Translations under genes and position numbers: made by a program
Source of the DNA: Eledone cirrhosa
Taxonomy: Eukaryota
DNA length: 64,000 nucleotides
Direction of reading: 5' to 3'
Assembly (NCBI GenBank): GCA_964016885.1
Contig: OZ024741.1
Coordinates: forward strand, 354,764,001 to 354,828,000
Part shown: piece by piece, positions 37,933-51,545 of the stretch
Layout: every line of letters begins with the position of its first letter
How positions within the stretch are numbered: position 1 is the stretch's first letter
Notes under the pieces: model-generated
What the model saw: only the letters and a program-made list of their open reading frames with translations
What the model was told of the DNA's origin: nothing
Database searches by the model: none

Positions 37933-40915
37933 CATCATCATCATCATCATCATCATTTTATGTCCGCTTTTCCCTGCTTGCAAGGGTGGGACGGGTCTTA
38001 TTCAGCACAGCATCTCTCCACCGTGAGCTTCAATGATCTGAGGTCTGTTCTCACCACCTCCGCCCATGTTTTTCGTGGTCTACCTCTACCACGTCTTCCT
38101 TCAACTGGCAATTCCTGGCACTTCTTCACCCATCGGTCATCCTCCATGCGCATCACATGTCCATACCACCTCAGTCTCCTCTCCCGTACACTACATTCTA
38201 TCCCTCTCAGACACAGTTTTTCTCTCAACATATTTCTGCTGGGTCGTTCACGCACATTTACACTGCACATCCAATGGAGAATGCTTGCCTCATTTCTCTC
38301 CAGCCATCGCATATCCTCTGCAGTTGCTGCCCATGTCTCACTACCATGCAGCATCACGCTCCTCACACAGGCATCATATAACTGGCCTTTCGTACGCATG
38401 GAGAAACTCTTCTTCGTCAGCAGAGGAAGCAGCTCCCTAAACTTCTTCCAACCCGTCCTTATTCTAGATACTATGGCCTCCCCCACCTCCCATGCTAATC
38501 TGATCTAGGTACCGGAAGCTATCCACCACTTCTATAGCGCCCTCCTGCATTTGAAAAATGTGTCTATAAATGCGACTTCTACTGTCTAATTTCCCTGTAC
38601 ATCTACTGCATACATATTTCTCCCTACCTGTTAGTTTGCCTGCTATCCCGCTACATCTCTTGTGTACCCAGGATCTGCATTGTGTGCATTTTATAGAATT
38701 TATGCCAGTTCCTTTTCTGCATATCGAACATGGCCATTTTCCTGACGGAATCAGAGTTTTGTCCTCTTTTCTACTCATCAAGACTTTTGTCTTAGCTAGA
38801 TTCACTCTCAGTCCTCTTGCTTCCAACTGCTGTTTCCATAGCCAAATTTATTCTCTAGCTCCTCTACTGATTTTGCTATAAGAACCAGATCGTCAGCATA
38901 GAGAAGTTCCCATGGACAGCCAGTCTTAAACTCCTCTGTTATGGCTTGGAGGACTATAATGAACAAGAGCAGGCTGAGGACCGAACCCTGATGTACTCCT
39001 ACTTGTATCTGGAATTCCTCACTAAACTCCATTCCTACCCTGACTTTACTGAGAGTACCTCTGTACAAAGTTTGCACTGTCCTCACAAACCATTCTTCAA
39101 CACCTAGCTTCCTTAGGGACCACCAGATGACAGATCGGAGTACCCTATCAAAGGCCTTCTCTAGGTCAACAAAGGCTAAGTATAGTGGCTTATTCTTCTC
39201 TAAAAACCTCCTTGCAATTGTCTCACCAAGAAGAGGGCATCTGTTGTACTCTTCCCAGGCACAAAACCAAACTGCATCTCATCTAGTTTGACCCTTTCTC
39301 TAATTAGTTGTGCTAAAATCCTTTCTGCCACTTTCATAACCTGATCTATCAGTTTTATACCCCTATAATTGCTCCTCTCCAAAGCATCCCCTTTACCTTT
39401 ATAGCAATTTATGAGAATACTGCTGCACCAGTCTTTGGGTATGACACCACCATATATAGCCTGATTGATGATGCATGCAACCAGTTTAGTGCCTACGTCC
39501 CCTGATGCCTTCAGCATCTCAGCAACTATTCCCGATGGTCCGGCAGCCTTACCATTTTTCATTTCCCTAATCGCCTCTTGGACCCTATATTTGTCAATCT
39601 CAATAGCTGGTCCCTCTGTCGGATCTACCAAGGGTAATTTCTCTCTCTCCCATTTGTTCTCCACATTCATCAGTCTCTCATAATGACATTTCCAGGCCTC
39701 CTTTTTCTGGTCATTCGTGACACTAAGTACACCGGCATCATCCCGGACACATTTATCACCAACAACATCCTGATTTGCATTGACACACTGCCTTGCAATG
39801 TGGAACACCGCACGCCTCTGATCTTCCCGTCGCAGAACATTGGCAAACTTCCTACTCTCTGCCTCCCTGCGTGCTAAGTACACCTGACGTCTAGCTTCTC
39901 TCTTAGTGGCTGTATATTCTTCCCTACTCCCACCCTTTTTCCAAGCCTTCCATGCTAGTCTTTTATCTCTAATAGCCTTATCTACTTACTATGCTGTTCC
40001 ACCACCAGGTCACTCTCTGTCTGGTTGGAGCTCTGCTCCAGCCACAAGTTTCATCAGTAGCCTGCAACAAGTTGTCACGTAGGAAATTCCAGTTATTATC
40101 TATGTCATACGTCTCTAAATCGTCTTCTTTTTCGTCATAGACATCTTGAAGAGCTTTCCTAAATTTGTATTTTAGTGAAAGGTCTTTTAGCTTCCAGACC
40201 TTTCTTCTCCACACCTTCCTATATGTCTCATTCCATCTCTTGCTTACTGAGATATCACTAACAACTAACCTATGCTGTGGGGTACATTCTTCCCCAGGGT
40301 ATGCCTTGGTATTAGACACTATCTGCCTGTCCCGCTGCCTAACTAGTAAAAAGTCAATCTGGCTTATGTGCTCACCAGATTTGTAGGTTATTAGGTGATT
40401 GGCAGGTTTCTGGAAGTTTGTGTTGCAAATAGTCAATGTACCTGCATCACAAAATTCAAGAAGTCTCACTCCTTTTTCATTTCTTGAACCGTAACCGTGC
40501 CCACCATGTACCCCAGTGTAACCATCCTGGAGCTGTCCAACATGACCATTGAAGTCTCCTGCTAGCATAACAATGTCTCCGTCCTCTGTCATTGCGGTTG
40601 TTTGCAAAAGTTGCTCATGAAAGCAGTTTTCTCATCTTTGCCTAGGCCTGCTTGGGGAGCATAGGCCGAGATGATTGTCAGTAGTCTCCTACCTACAACT
40701 AATCTAAGCTTAATTATTCGATTACTAACTCGAACTACCTCTATTGTCTTATTGATCCATTTCTCAGCCAGGAAAATGCCTACTCCCCCTAACCCATCAT
40801 CCTTACCTACCCAGAATAGCTTATAGCTAAGACGTTTGCCTACGACTAGTCTCGCAGAGGCAGCTCTCCATCTCACCTCTTGCACACATCCACCTGCCTT
40901 CTCTCCAGCATCTCC
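37933..40915 (-). mobile_element. RTE-clade LINE, ~3 kb, APE + RT, several frameshifts
   Basis: ORF pieces 40589-40885, 39978-40607, 39200-39883, 38808-39086, 38464-38826 and 37998-38486 carry QEVRW, SAYAPQ, AGDFNGHVG, QIDFLL, QHRLVV and LYADD. Confidence 0.95.
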
Positions 40916-41205
40916 GTTTCATCCTTATGGGGTCGATAAAATAAAGTACCAGTAATGTACTGGATAATTGCTAGCCTTGTACCAAAAGTAGAAACCATTA
41001 TTATAGTTAGGGCGGTGAATTGGCAGTATCGGTAGAGGGTTGGAAGCCATGCTTTCTAGCATAGTTACGTCCCTTTACGGACTGAGTTCAAATCCCGCCG
41101 AGGTTAACTTTGCCTTTCATCCTTATGGGGTCGATAAAATAAAGTACCAGTAATGTACTGGATAATTGCTGGCCTTGTGCCAAAAGTAGAAACAATTATT
41201 ATAGT
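40916..41205 (+). mobile_element. tRNA-derived SINE pair (partial + full)
   Basis: Same family as 25375-25915. Confidence 0.75.
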
Positions 41206-41302
41206 TATTTACATTGAGACAACTATATCTCAATTTTTTTAATTTTCCCAATGTTTCTTAAAATATTTGTATATACTGAACATTTATATTCTTGATAATT
41301 AT

Positions 41303-41630
41303 TATCATCGTTTAACATCCATCTTCCACGCTAGCATGGGTTAGGCGGTTTTGTTCCATTTCATGCGGGATTGGTCGGGAGACCGTGTCTTGCTCGTACA
41401 GATGTGTTTCTGGCAGGTTTTCTATGACTGGATGCTCTTCTTAACACCAACCACCTTTACAGTGTGAACTGGGAGCCTTTTTACCGTGTCTCCTACATGA
41501 CCACTTTACAGTGTGGACTGGGTGCTTTTTGTTGTCACCGACACAGTGGACGGAAATGGGAGGATGGGGTAGGGTGTGTGGGTGGGGTGTATATTGGGTT
41601 AAGAGGTGCCTACTGACTGTAGGTTTGTAT
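41303..41630 (-). mobile_element. RTE 3'UTR fragment
   Basis: Similar to 34881-35250. Confidence 0.75.
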
Positions 41631-41639
41631 GTACTTGAT

Positions 41640-42440
41640 AATAATAATGATAATAATGAAAATTATTGTGTACAGTGCACTACAACTCATCAAAGGTGCA
41701 TGTATAGTACATAGAGTAATGTACAAATGTCAGGAAAGTGAACAATGTATGAGTCATGATATATACAGAGACACATGTGTGTGTGTGGAGGGGGAATATC
41801 AGGTTGGCGAATTTTGTGAAGCATTGAAGTTTTGAAGGATGTAGTGTCCTGAAAGCTAACAACTGATACAGGTAGTTTGTTCCATGCTTCAGCAACTCTG
41901 AGCGCGAAAAAATGCTTCTGAAAGTCATGGGAGCTGTGCTGTTTTCTGAATTTGTAAGCATGTCCACAGGTGTTAGACCCACCGAAATTCAAAAAGTTGC
42001 TTAGGGTTGTTGTTGGCATGATGGTTAATAATTTTGTGGGTGTCTACCAAGTCAGTTGCCAGACTTCGGAGCTTTATTGTATCCATGCCCAGGGAAGCGA
42101 GGCTTTCAGAGTATAGTGGACGCCTGATGGAGGGTATTCGTTTGGTTGCACTTTTCTGAAGTTTTCAGGAGGTCTATATTCTGAACAAGATAGGGGTTCC
42201 AGACTGGTGATGAAAATTCTAAGTGTGGACGCACCATAGCTATATATAGCTTTAAATAGATAGCTGGAGAGGAGCTGATGAAGGTCTTACTGAGTGATGC
42301 TAAGACACCTTCTTGACAATTTTAGAGATGTACTTTGTCCAATGCAAATCACTGTTGACAATAATGCCCAGGTCATGTTCACAAGAAGACTTCTTGAGAT
42401 AAGTGTTGTGGAGGGAGTATGTGAACGCTGGGTTTTTCCA
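41640..42440 (-). mobile_element. Degenerate CR1/L2-like LINE 3' fragment
   Basis: Reverse complement of ~59935-60600 plus 3'UTR; GHAYKFRKQHSSHDFQKHFFALRVAEAWNKLP. Confidence 0.9.
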
Positions 42441-43678
42441 AGAAATAAATTATAAAAATACCATTCTTCTTTTTAATCACTTCTACATGTCAATAACCAA
42501 CATAAATTATAGGGTTTCTCTTATGCAAAGCATAAATTTATCAAAATGCAAATTTCCCAGTTTGTATGATTGTTCATATGTCTGGTAATTCTGGCATATA
42601 TGACATATGTTTGATATGTTTATTTTATATATATATATATGTCAATCGACTTTTAATTTAATTTTAATAAAAGCATATGACATAGCTATCCTGGACTCCA
42701 AAATTTAAATATGTCCAATGCTATTGTTATCATTATTAACAGCACAAGTCCACTAGTATAATAAACACACACACACACACACACACAGTTCAGTGTTTGT
42801 ATTTGTGTATTTTCTTTGCATATCTGATCCACAGTTGACTGTGACTGTCTTTTTTAAATATGTAAACAGACTAAGCATCTAGAGTATTTCCTTTGAAATA
42901 TAAAATAAAAAAATCCATAACCTATTCCCACCTGTCCTACTCCCCTTGCTATCCTCCTGACATTACCATATGTGTACAACCTGTAGCACCCAACTAGCTA
43001 GCCAGCCACCCACGCTAATATCTTGTCAGATTAAGTGTTCAACTTTATAGCCAGTCAATTCAGTTACATTCAGTAAGACTATATTACACTAAACTTCTGC
43101 AGTAGAATTTTAACTTCTTTTCCTCCTTTCCATTATAATTGCAATAACTTAACCCTTTCATTAACATATTTTAAACAAAAGATATTAATTCTGAAAATAG
43201 AGTATTTGGAGGGATTTAGTAATATAACTAACTTTCTCATTATTAAGTTGGTGTTTGAAATAACTTAACATGGGTTTGTACATAAAATTATAATGAAAAG
43301 TTTTTAGATGAATATAAACACTTTAAAATGAATAATTTTGTATCAGGACTGGTTTCCAGCAGTTTGATATCAAAAGGGTTACACAGAACATCAATAGCAT
43401 CAATCTCTCCAGTCTTGGACACCCTATGAAGGCTATGGGCGTTGCTCTTTCCTCCAGATCTACGAAGTAAAAGAATAACAAAAAGCTTTCCAATTTAGAC
43501 ATCTGTGTTTTTGTTTGTCTGTTAACACTCTCATTACCATATTTCTAACGAATAATACTACCTATGATTTTCAAATAAATTAAAAAATACTCAAGTATTT
43601 GGAAGGATTTAGTAATATAACTAACTTTCTTATTAAGATATATGTATTTGAAGTAAAACTTAAAAGTTTTGACATGAA

Positions 43679-44070
43679 ACTCTGCAGAGGATATGCGACA
43701 GCTGGAGAGAAATGAGGCAAACATGCTCCGTTGGATGTGCAATGTCAATGTGTATGAACGACCGAGCATGGATGTGTTGAGAGAGAAACTGTGTCTGAGA
43801 GGGATAGATTGTAGTGTGTGTGAGAGGAGACTGCGATGGTATGGACATGTGATGCGCATGGAGGATGACCGATGGGTGAAGAAGTGCCAGGAAATGCCAG
43901 TTGAAGGAAGACATGGTAGAGATAGACCACGAAAAACATGGGCGGAGATGGTGAGAGCAGACCTCAGATCGCTGAAGCTCACGGTGGATGACAAAGGACC
44001 ATGACAAGTGGAGAGATGCTGTGCTGAATAGGACCCGTCCCACCCTTGCAAGTAGGGAAAAGGGTTAAAG
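43679..44070 (+). mobile_element. RTE 3' fragment, inverted relative to 37933-38330
   Basis: ORF 43693-44004 LERNEANMLRWMC..RWYGHVMRMEDDRWVKK. Confidence 0.9.
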
Positions 44071-44611
44071 CGTGGTTGTTGTTTTGAAATCATAATTATT
44101 GCAGTTAATGGAGTTTGATAATAACTGTATCAACTGCATAGTTTCTTTTTGTGTTTCATTGAGGGAGAGAAAACATTTTTTCTTTGTATGTGCATATGTA
44201 TGTACATTTGTATGTGTGTGTGTATGTATGTATGTATTTATTTATGTATGTGTGTGTTATGTGAGAAGGAGTACTCAATACAATAGTAGAGATTAATAGT
44301 TTATTAAGGTCGAATCAGTAGCCTGTTATTCTGGAGTTTTTCCTGTATGTTTACATGGTTGTCAGACTGTGTGTGTGTGTGTAACATCTGTTTGCTACTT
44401 CACACTAAATCTAATTGTGACTTTACCAAGTTCACCTTACAACAAATAATTACAATAATCTTTAGTTTGAAAAAAAAACTTTTTTCTAAATATTTTTAGT
44501 ACTGACATTTGTTTTCTACATTTGAATTTTTTTAGTTAGTTTTGTTTTTCATTTTTATTTTTTGTTTATACTTAGCAGCACTTTTCATCTGCCCTCTTAA
44601 AAATACTTTTA

Positions 44612-45765
44612 ATAATGGTTTCTAATTTAGGCACAAGGCTGGCAATTTGGGAGAGAGAGAGAGAAGTCTGTTCTGTTAACCTAGTACTAGACCCCTGTAA
44701 GATGAAAGGCAAAGTTGAATTCAGTAGGATTTGAACTCAGAACATAAAGAGTTAAATCAAATCCAGCAAAATATTTTCCCTCCACTCTAACAATTCTGTT
44801 AATTCATCACTCGAATAATAATTGTTTCTACTTTTGGTACAAGGCCAGCAATTATCTCAATGCTGCTTTATTTTATTGACCCCGAAAGGATGAATGGCAA
44901 AGTTAACCTCAGCAGGATATGAACTCAGACCATAAAAGGCTGTAACTCTATGCTGCTAAACATGGCGTCCAACCTTCTACTGATACTGCCTGGTTTCTGA
45001 TTTAGGCATAAGGCCAACAATTTGGGGGTAGGGGAAGTCGATTAACTCGACCCTGGTGTGTTAATGGTACTTTATTTTCTCAACCCTGTAGAACGAAAGG
45101 CAAAGCTAACCTCGGTGGGATGTGAACTCTGAAAGTTAAGGGCCATACTATATGCTACAAAGCATGTCTGATGCTCTACTGATTCTTCAATCCACGATCC
45201 TAATAATGGTTTCTGATTTAGGCACAGGGCCATCAATTTTTTGGGGAAGGGAAAGTCAATTAAATGGACTCCAGTGTATTACTGATACTTTATTTTATCA
45301 ACCATATAAGTATGAAAGGAAAAGCTAACCTCGGCAGGATTTGAACTCAGAACATAAAGAGCTGTAACTCCATACTGTAAAGCATGTTGTCCGACGCTCC
45401 ACTGATACTGCCAATCCACCGCCCTAATAATAATTGTTTCTACTTTTGGCACAAGGCCAGCAATTACCCCAGTGCATTACTGGTGTTTTATTTTATCGAC
45501 CCTGTAAGGATGAAAGGCAAAGTTAACCGCCCTAATAATAATAGTAACAATAATAGTAATAAGAATTTCTACTATAGGCACAATGCCAGCAATTTGGGGG
45601 GAGGGGAAAAATCGATTAAATCGACCCAAGGACGTTATTGGTATTTTATTTTATTAACCCTGTAAGGATGAAAAGCAAAGTTAACTTCAGTGGGATTTGA
45701 ACTCAAAACAAAGAGTTGTAACTAAATGCTGCAAAGTATTTTATCTAGTTCCCTTACAATTCACT
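44612..45765 (-). mobile_element. Array of ~6 tRNA-derived SINE copies or fragments
   Basis: Repeated gatgaaaggcaaagttaacctc.gcaggatttgaactcag. Confidence 0.8.
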
Positions 45766-45870
45766 ACCTTACAATGCTTTGAATGCAGAAATCTTCCCCT
45801 CACTAAAATACAGTTTACTTTGAAGTGATAAAAAATGGGGGAAATTGTTTTATTTTGTTTTTTTTTCTAG

Positions 45871-46145
<275 letters not shown>

Positions 46146-46196
46146 TTAAAACTCAGTTTCGTTAAAATAATATAAATGAAGATAATAAAAAATTCT

Positions 46197-47265
46197 GTAG
46201 TGGTTGCAGTGATAATGGTTGTTGTGATATGGTGTGGTGTGGTTGTTGTGGTTCTAGAAGTCGTGGGAATTGTTGTAAAGGTGTGGTTCTAGACATGGTT
46301 GGAGCAGTGGTGGGGATTGTTGTAATGATGTTGTGGTTGTAGCAGTGGTGGGCATGGTTATAAAGGTGTAGTGGTTATAGTGGTTGTGGTGGAGATGGTT
46401 GTAATAGAGTAGTGTTAGTGGTTGTTGCAGTGGTGGGCATGGTTGTAAAGGTGTAGTGATAATGGTTGTAGAGATTGTAACAGTGGTGGAGATGGTTGTA
46501 ATAGTGTAGTGTTAGTGGTTATTGCAGTGGTGGGCATGGTTGTAAAGGTGTAGTGATAATGGTTGTAATGATTGTAATAGTGGTGGAGATGGTTGTAATA
46601 GTGTAGTGTTGGTGGTGGGCATGGTTGTAAATGTGTAATGATAGTGGTTTTAGTGGTTGTAACTGTGGTGAAGATGGTTGTAGTGGTAGTAGCAGTAGTA
46701 GTGATAGTGGTTATAGTGGAGGTGAAGAGAGCTAGCTGTAGTAGTGCAGTGGAAGTGATTGTAGCAGTGGAAGAGAGGGTATGGTTGTTTTGGGAGTGGT
46801 TATAGTAGTACTAGTGGTGGTGGTGGTGAAGATGATTATAGTGGTATGACAGTATTGTTTGTCATGATGGTATGATTGTATTGGGAGTATCTCTAGAAGT
46901 GGTGCAGATGGTTCTTGTGGTATAGTAGTGGTGGGGATGGTAGTAGTAGTAGCAGTGGTGTATATGCTTGTAGTGACACAGTAGTGGTGGTGATGGTTGT
47001 AGTGGTGCAGCAGTGATAATGTCATGTTGGTGGTGGTGTTGGTGGTGGTAGTAGTAGTAGCATGCTTAGTTTTTGCGCTGATGTTGGTGGTTGTTGAGGT
47101 GGTGGTGGTGGTGGTGGTAGTAGTAGTAATAGTAGAAGTAGTAGTAGCAGCAGTAGTAGTAGTAATGGTGGTGGTGGTGGCGGTGGGGATAGTAGTATAC
47201 TTAGTTTTTGCACTAGTGGTGGTGGTAGTAGTGATCATTGTGGTGGTGGTGGTTATAGTGTTATA
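46197..47265. repeat. GTG/GTA low-complexity region with ~90-bp degenerate units
   Basis: Direct reading; source of the poly-T, poly-V and poly-L ORFs. Confidence 0.85.
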
Positions 47266-47460
47266 AAACCAGTTGCAGTATGCGCACTTTGCCCATTTAC
47301 TTTATCTTGAATATTTTCTCCTTTCCCCCTTCTTTATCTCTACTCTTTTTCTTTTTCTCTTTCATCCCTCCTCCTTCTCCTCCTCCTTCCTCTCTTCCTC
47401 CTTTCCATAAATGACTTAGCTAAACATAGTGTATAGTATAGTGTCATTTTACTCAACACC

Positions 47461-47640
47461 ATGGCTGATCAGGGAATACCTGCTTCTGCTGGAATTGTGT
47501 CTCCTCACCAGAAACATTCAGAGACAGCACCAGAGCACGAGGCTGCTGCTGTTGCTGCTGCTGCCACTGCTACTGCTACTTATGACTCTGATAGTGATGT
47601 CAGTGACTGGGAAGCCCCAGTAGATGTTGATTTGGCCAGT
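47461..47640 (+). CDS. ITPK: Putative alternative first coding exon of ITPK (short isoform, 60 aa: MADQGIPASAG...DWEAPVDVDLAS)
   Basis: Good Kozak context accATGG, exactly 60 codons, then a GTAAGC donor at 47641 in phase 0, matching the phase-0 acceptor at 56249. Unique, GC-richer sequence downstream of a CT-rich tract. Confidence 0.65.
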
Positions 47641-50600
47641 GTAAGCAACCTTGTCTTTTACTCTCTCTCTCTCTCTCTCCCTCTCATTCTCCCTCTTTAT
47701 CTAGCTCTCTTTTTCTCTCTTCTTGCACTTCCCTACCATCTCACCTCACCGCACCTCTCTTACAATGATGATCACAATCATAAGTGAGGAGCAAGGCTAC
47801 TGTACTTTATAATTAATAAAGCCATGCTTCATTCACTTCCAATCATCTTGTCATATTATGTCAGTTATTGTTGTTGTTTAGCCCCAGGTAAGGCCTGATT
47901 GAGCAGACCTATGATCAAAGGAGTTCCAGCCTTAGTCAATAATTTTTACTTTTTTTGTATGTGTGTGTGTAGGGGGGGGGGGGGCGTCTAGGATTTGTCC
48001 TCCTTTTAAGGTAGTGGTGGTGTGGTGTTGGTTGAGAGAGATTTGGCTGTTATATTTAGCATCCTGGATGACCTCCTAAAGGGCACTTCCTTCTGTTAGC
48101 TTGTCTCATGGTTTCATAGTTGTCGGTATTTGTGGAGGTGTATATTCCCATCACAGCCTTGTGTCACTTTTTAGCTACTGTGTTACTTGACAGGCAGTTC
48201 TCTTCAATAGGAAATATATATCTATATAGGTCATTAATGTGCCTTTTATTTGTGTTTGTATGTATGTGAGAGAGACAGCAAGTATCAAAACATGGCTATG
48301 AATGTGTCTCACTGTGCATTTGAATATTTATATGTATGTTTATATGTGCGTGTGTGTGAATTTTTGTTGAAAGTGTAGTTAATTGACTTGAATTGAGTTA
48401 GTATGAAAGGTAAAGTTTATATTCAGGTAAGAGTTGAACCCACTTGTCCCAATTTGTTTATAAGTGGTTATGAGTAAGCAAGCACATATGTGTATGTGTG
48501 TGTGTATGTATGTGTGTGTATTTGCATGTGTGTGTGTTTGCATGTGTGTGTGTTTGCATGTGAATACCCATATATTAAAAGTCATTTACTAATTGCTTAT
48601 TCCCAAAACTTATTGATTTAAAGTTATTTGCTAAACAGAAGTTTAACTGCTCTAGCCATCACTGCAGTGCCATCAGCACAACAACAATAGTTTTACTCTG
48701 TGCTCTGTTAAACAAGGTATATTTGTTTATGGAACTATTGAAAAAACAAAGTTGATTTATATGTGAATGTAACAATATCTTAATTGCTTTCTGTGAATAA
48801 TATAAAACCTGTTAAATAAAGTTTTTATTTTTAATTTAAAATGATTTGCTATTACATTTATGTTGGCAAATTGGTAGAGTTGTTAGACCGAGCATAGGAC
48901 AATATCTCTTGCAATATTTGTTCCAGCATTGTATGGTCAAATTGCAAGAAATTGATTTTGTCTTTCATCCTTTTGGGAGTTTATAAAATAAAGTACCAGC
49001 CTAGGGTGGTGGATTGGTACAATTGCAACAGCTTTGGATAAGATACCTTGTTGTATTTGTCCAGTTCTTTGTGTTCTGAGTTCAAATCCTGCTGTGAGCC
49101 ATCACTGCATTAATTATTAAGCAAATTAGGCATGGGTTTAGGCCCTTAAGTAAAGAGGGTGGGGGCATTTTTTTTTTTTTCAGCACCAGATTTACAATGG
49201 ATCACAATGCAGTGTTGCAGCTGAACCAGGGCCAGAGCCCACAAATATTTTTTCAGTGCTTAGAGCTTCTAAAGATCTTAACTCAGCCTTGTTGTGGCCT
49301 ACTTGGATGGTAGACATAATCTGATAGTTAACTGTTGGACTTGCATGTATTTGAGCTGACTCTGCTAAAGGCAATCACGTAGGCTACAGCAGGATTTAAA
49401 CTCAGAATGCAAAGAGCTGGAACAAATACTGCAAGGCAGTTCATCCAGTGCTCTAATAATTCAGCCAATCTACCACTCTGGACTGCTACTTTAATTAGTC
49501 AACTCAGAAAGGACGAAAGGCAAATTTGATCTCAGTGGGATTTGAATTCAAAGCACAGAGAGGCAGAACAAATAGCACAAGATATTTTGTCCTACACTCT
49601 ATAGGAAAATGATAGCTTAAACAGCAGTCTGTGACCTGGTTCATTTGTTTTTTTTTTATAGTTTAGTCAAAAGGACATTGCCCTTAGCCTTTTACTGGGC
49701 CTCTGAATCTAGTTGAAAAAAAGGGAAGATCTTGATAGCCTCAAACCAATGCCCTAGTCCAACCTGTTTACAACAGGCTGGACCCTGTTTGGTAAAGGCA
49801 GCAAAGAACCCCTTGGTGTTAAACCAGATGACAAAAGCATTCTGCTATCTAATAATAGGTACAGCCCATCTGACTGGCTTCCCCATAGTTTCTATCTATT
49901 CAGATTCACTCACAGCTTTTGGATCAACCCAACACTACAATAGAAGACATTTGTTCAAGGGGAGCTGTGCAGTTTGATTGAACTCAGAACTACATTATTG
50001 CAAAGTGAGATTCTTAACCACACAGTTATTTCTGTGCCCAAATGATTCATGCTCCCTGGTTCATGATCAAATTCTGGTCTTCTATATATATTTATAAGTA
50101 TGTATAAATATATATATATGTGTGTGTGCATGTGTGTCTGTCTGTGTGTGATTGCGCATAAATCTCTTGCTCTCTCTCTCACACATAAATATCTCACTCT
50201 CACATATATACACATACAGCATGTATTATACAGGAAATATGTTATAGAAATTACACTTCACCATTTAGCTCTATTTCATAAAAAAGTGTAGTGTACAAAA
50301 TAATTTTCCACAATCCTGCATTGTATTTTTTCTGCATGTGTGTTATATGGTTTTGTTTATTTTCACTTTGGAAAGGATGTTTTGCATTCTTTATTCATAT
50401 ATGCTAACAAATTTGATTTATTTTAATTTATGCTATTAGTTCAAATGAATTATTTTCCTTGGCTCAATTTTATTTTATTTTATACAAAATATTACAGGTC
50501 AAAATTTTTTGTAACCTCTTTGTAAAAAACAGCTATCTAGTGATCAAGTAGGCTTCTGGTCACTATGCTGCACTGATGAGATCCATTGAGACAGAAACTT

Positions 50601-51297
50601 GTCCATTATTTTTACCATTCTTGTTGACAAAAATCAGGTTTTCTTGAAATTATCTCCCCTTGTCTTTATGAGTTGTTAACAATTACTACTAAATTTTCAT
50701 TTCCTTTCCCCAACTAAGAGGGAAATTTCAGTTCATTAAATCATTATTACTTTTTTTTTCCTGCTAAAACCTACTTGAATTATCTTAATATTAATATTAG
50801 CTTATTTGAATTATTTCCCTTAACTTAGTTTTCTGTATTTTATGAACACAGAATGAAAAGACTCCAAACAACTGCCACACAACATTTTCTTCAACCCTTT
50901 AACAATTCAGCTAGTTGACTACCCCAAGAAATACAATAGTAGAATACCATATTTATATAACATCATCAGTAAGGAGATGCACATATATCTCTCCCTACTC
51001 ACACTAGCGCACATATGCACATGCACAAATATAAACTTGCATATGTACTCACACTCACAAATCGGTGATGTGCATATATCTCTCTACACACACACATATG
51101 CATACACACACACACAGATTCGCACATGAATCAGGAAACGTTTTCATGTATCCCTAATAATATTATTACATACGCACTGCACTCCACACACACACACTAT
51201 ATGCTACACTTACACATGCACACATATCTGAAATTAAACACTAATATGTTAAACTATGCCTGCATTTCGCTCATCCCCATCCCACATACACACATAT

Positions 51298-51545
51298 ACA
51301 GAAACCAACAGTACCGCCCTTCACAAGGCTTTCATATTCTAGTTTTTACCATGTTCAGAGACAATAAATGCACCACCATCCCTGACACACACACAGACCA
51401 ACAGTACTGTCCCTTCACATGGGTTTCAGATTTTAGTTTCTACCATGTACAGAAAGTATAAGATGTAAAGGCACCCACATGCAGAGACCAACATTACTGC
51501 CCTTCACATGGCATTCAGATTTTAGTTTCTACCATGTACATGGAC
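51298..51545. repeat. ~90-bp tandem repeat x3
   Basis: aga.accaaca.tac.gcccttcaca.gg..ttca.att.tagttt.taccatgt.ca recurs three times. Confidence 0.75.

Noticed and set aside
46732-47266. Poly-Thr mucin-like and poly-Val ORFs
   Set aside because: GTG/GTA low-complexity DNA with no convincing splice signals.
50573-50610. CTGATGAG...GAAACTTGTC hammerhead-like words
   Set aside because: Neither stem I nor stem II pairs; at most a very decayed remnant.
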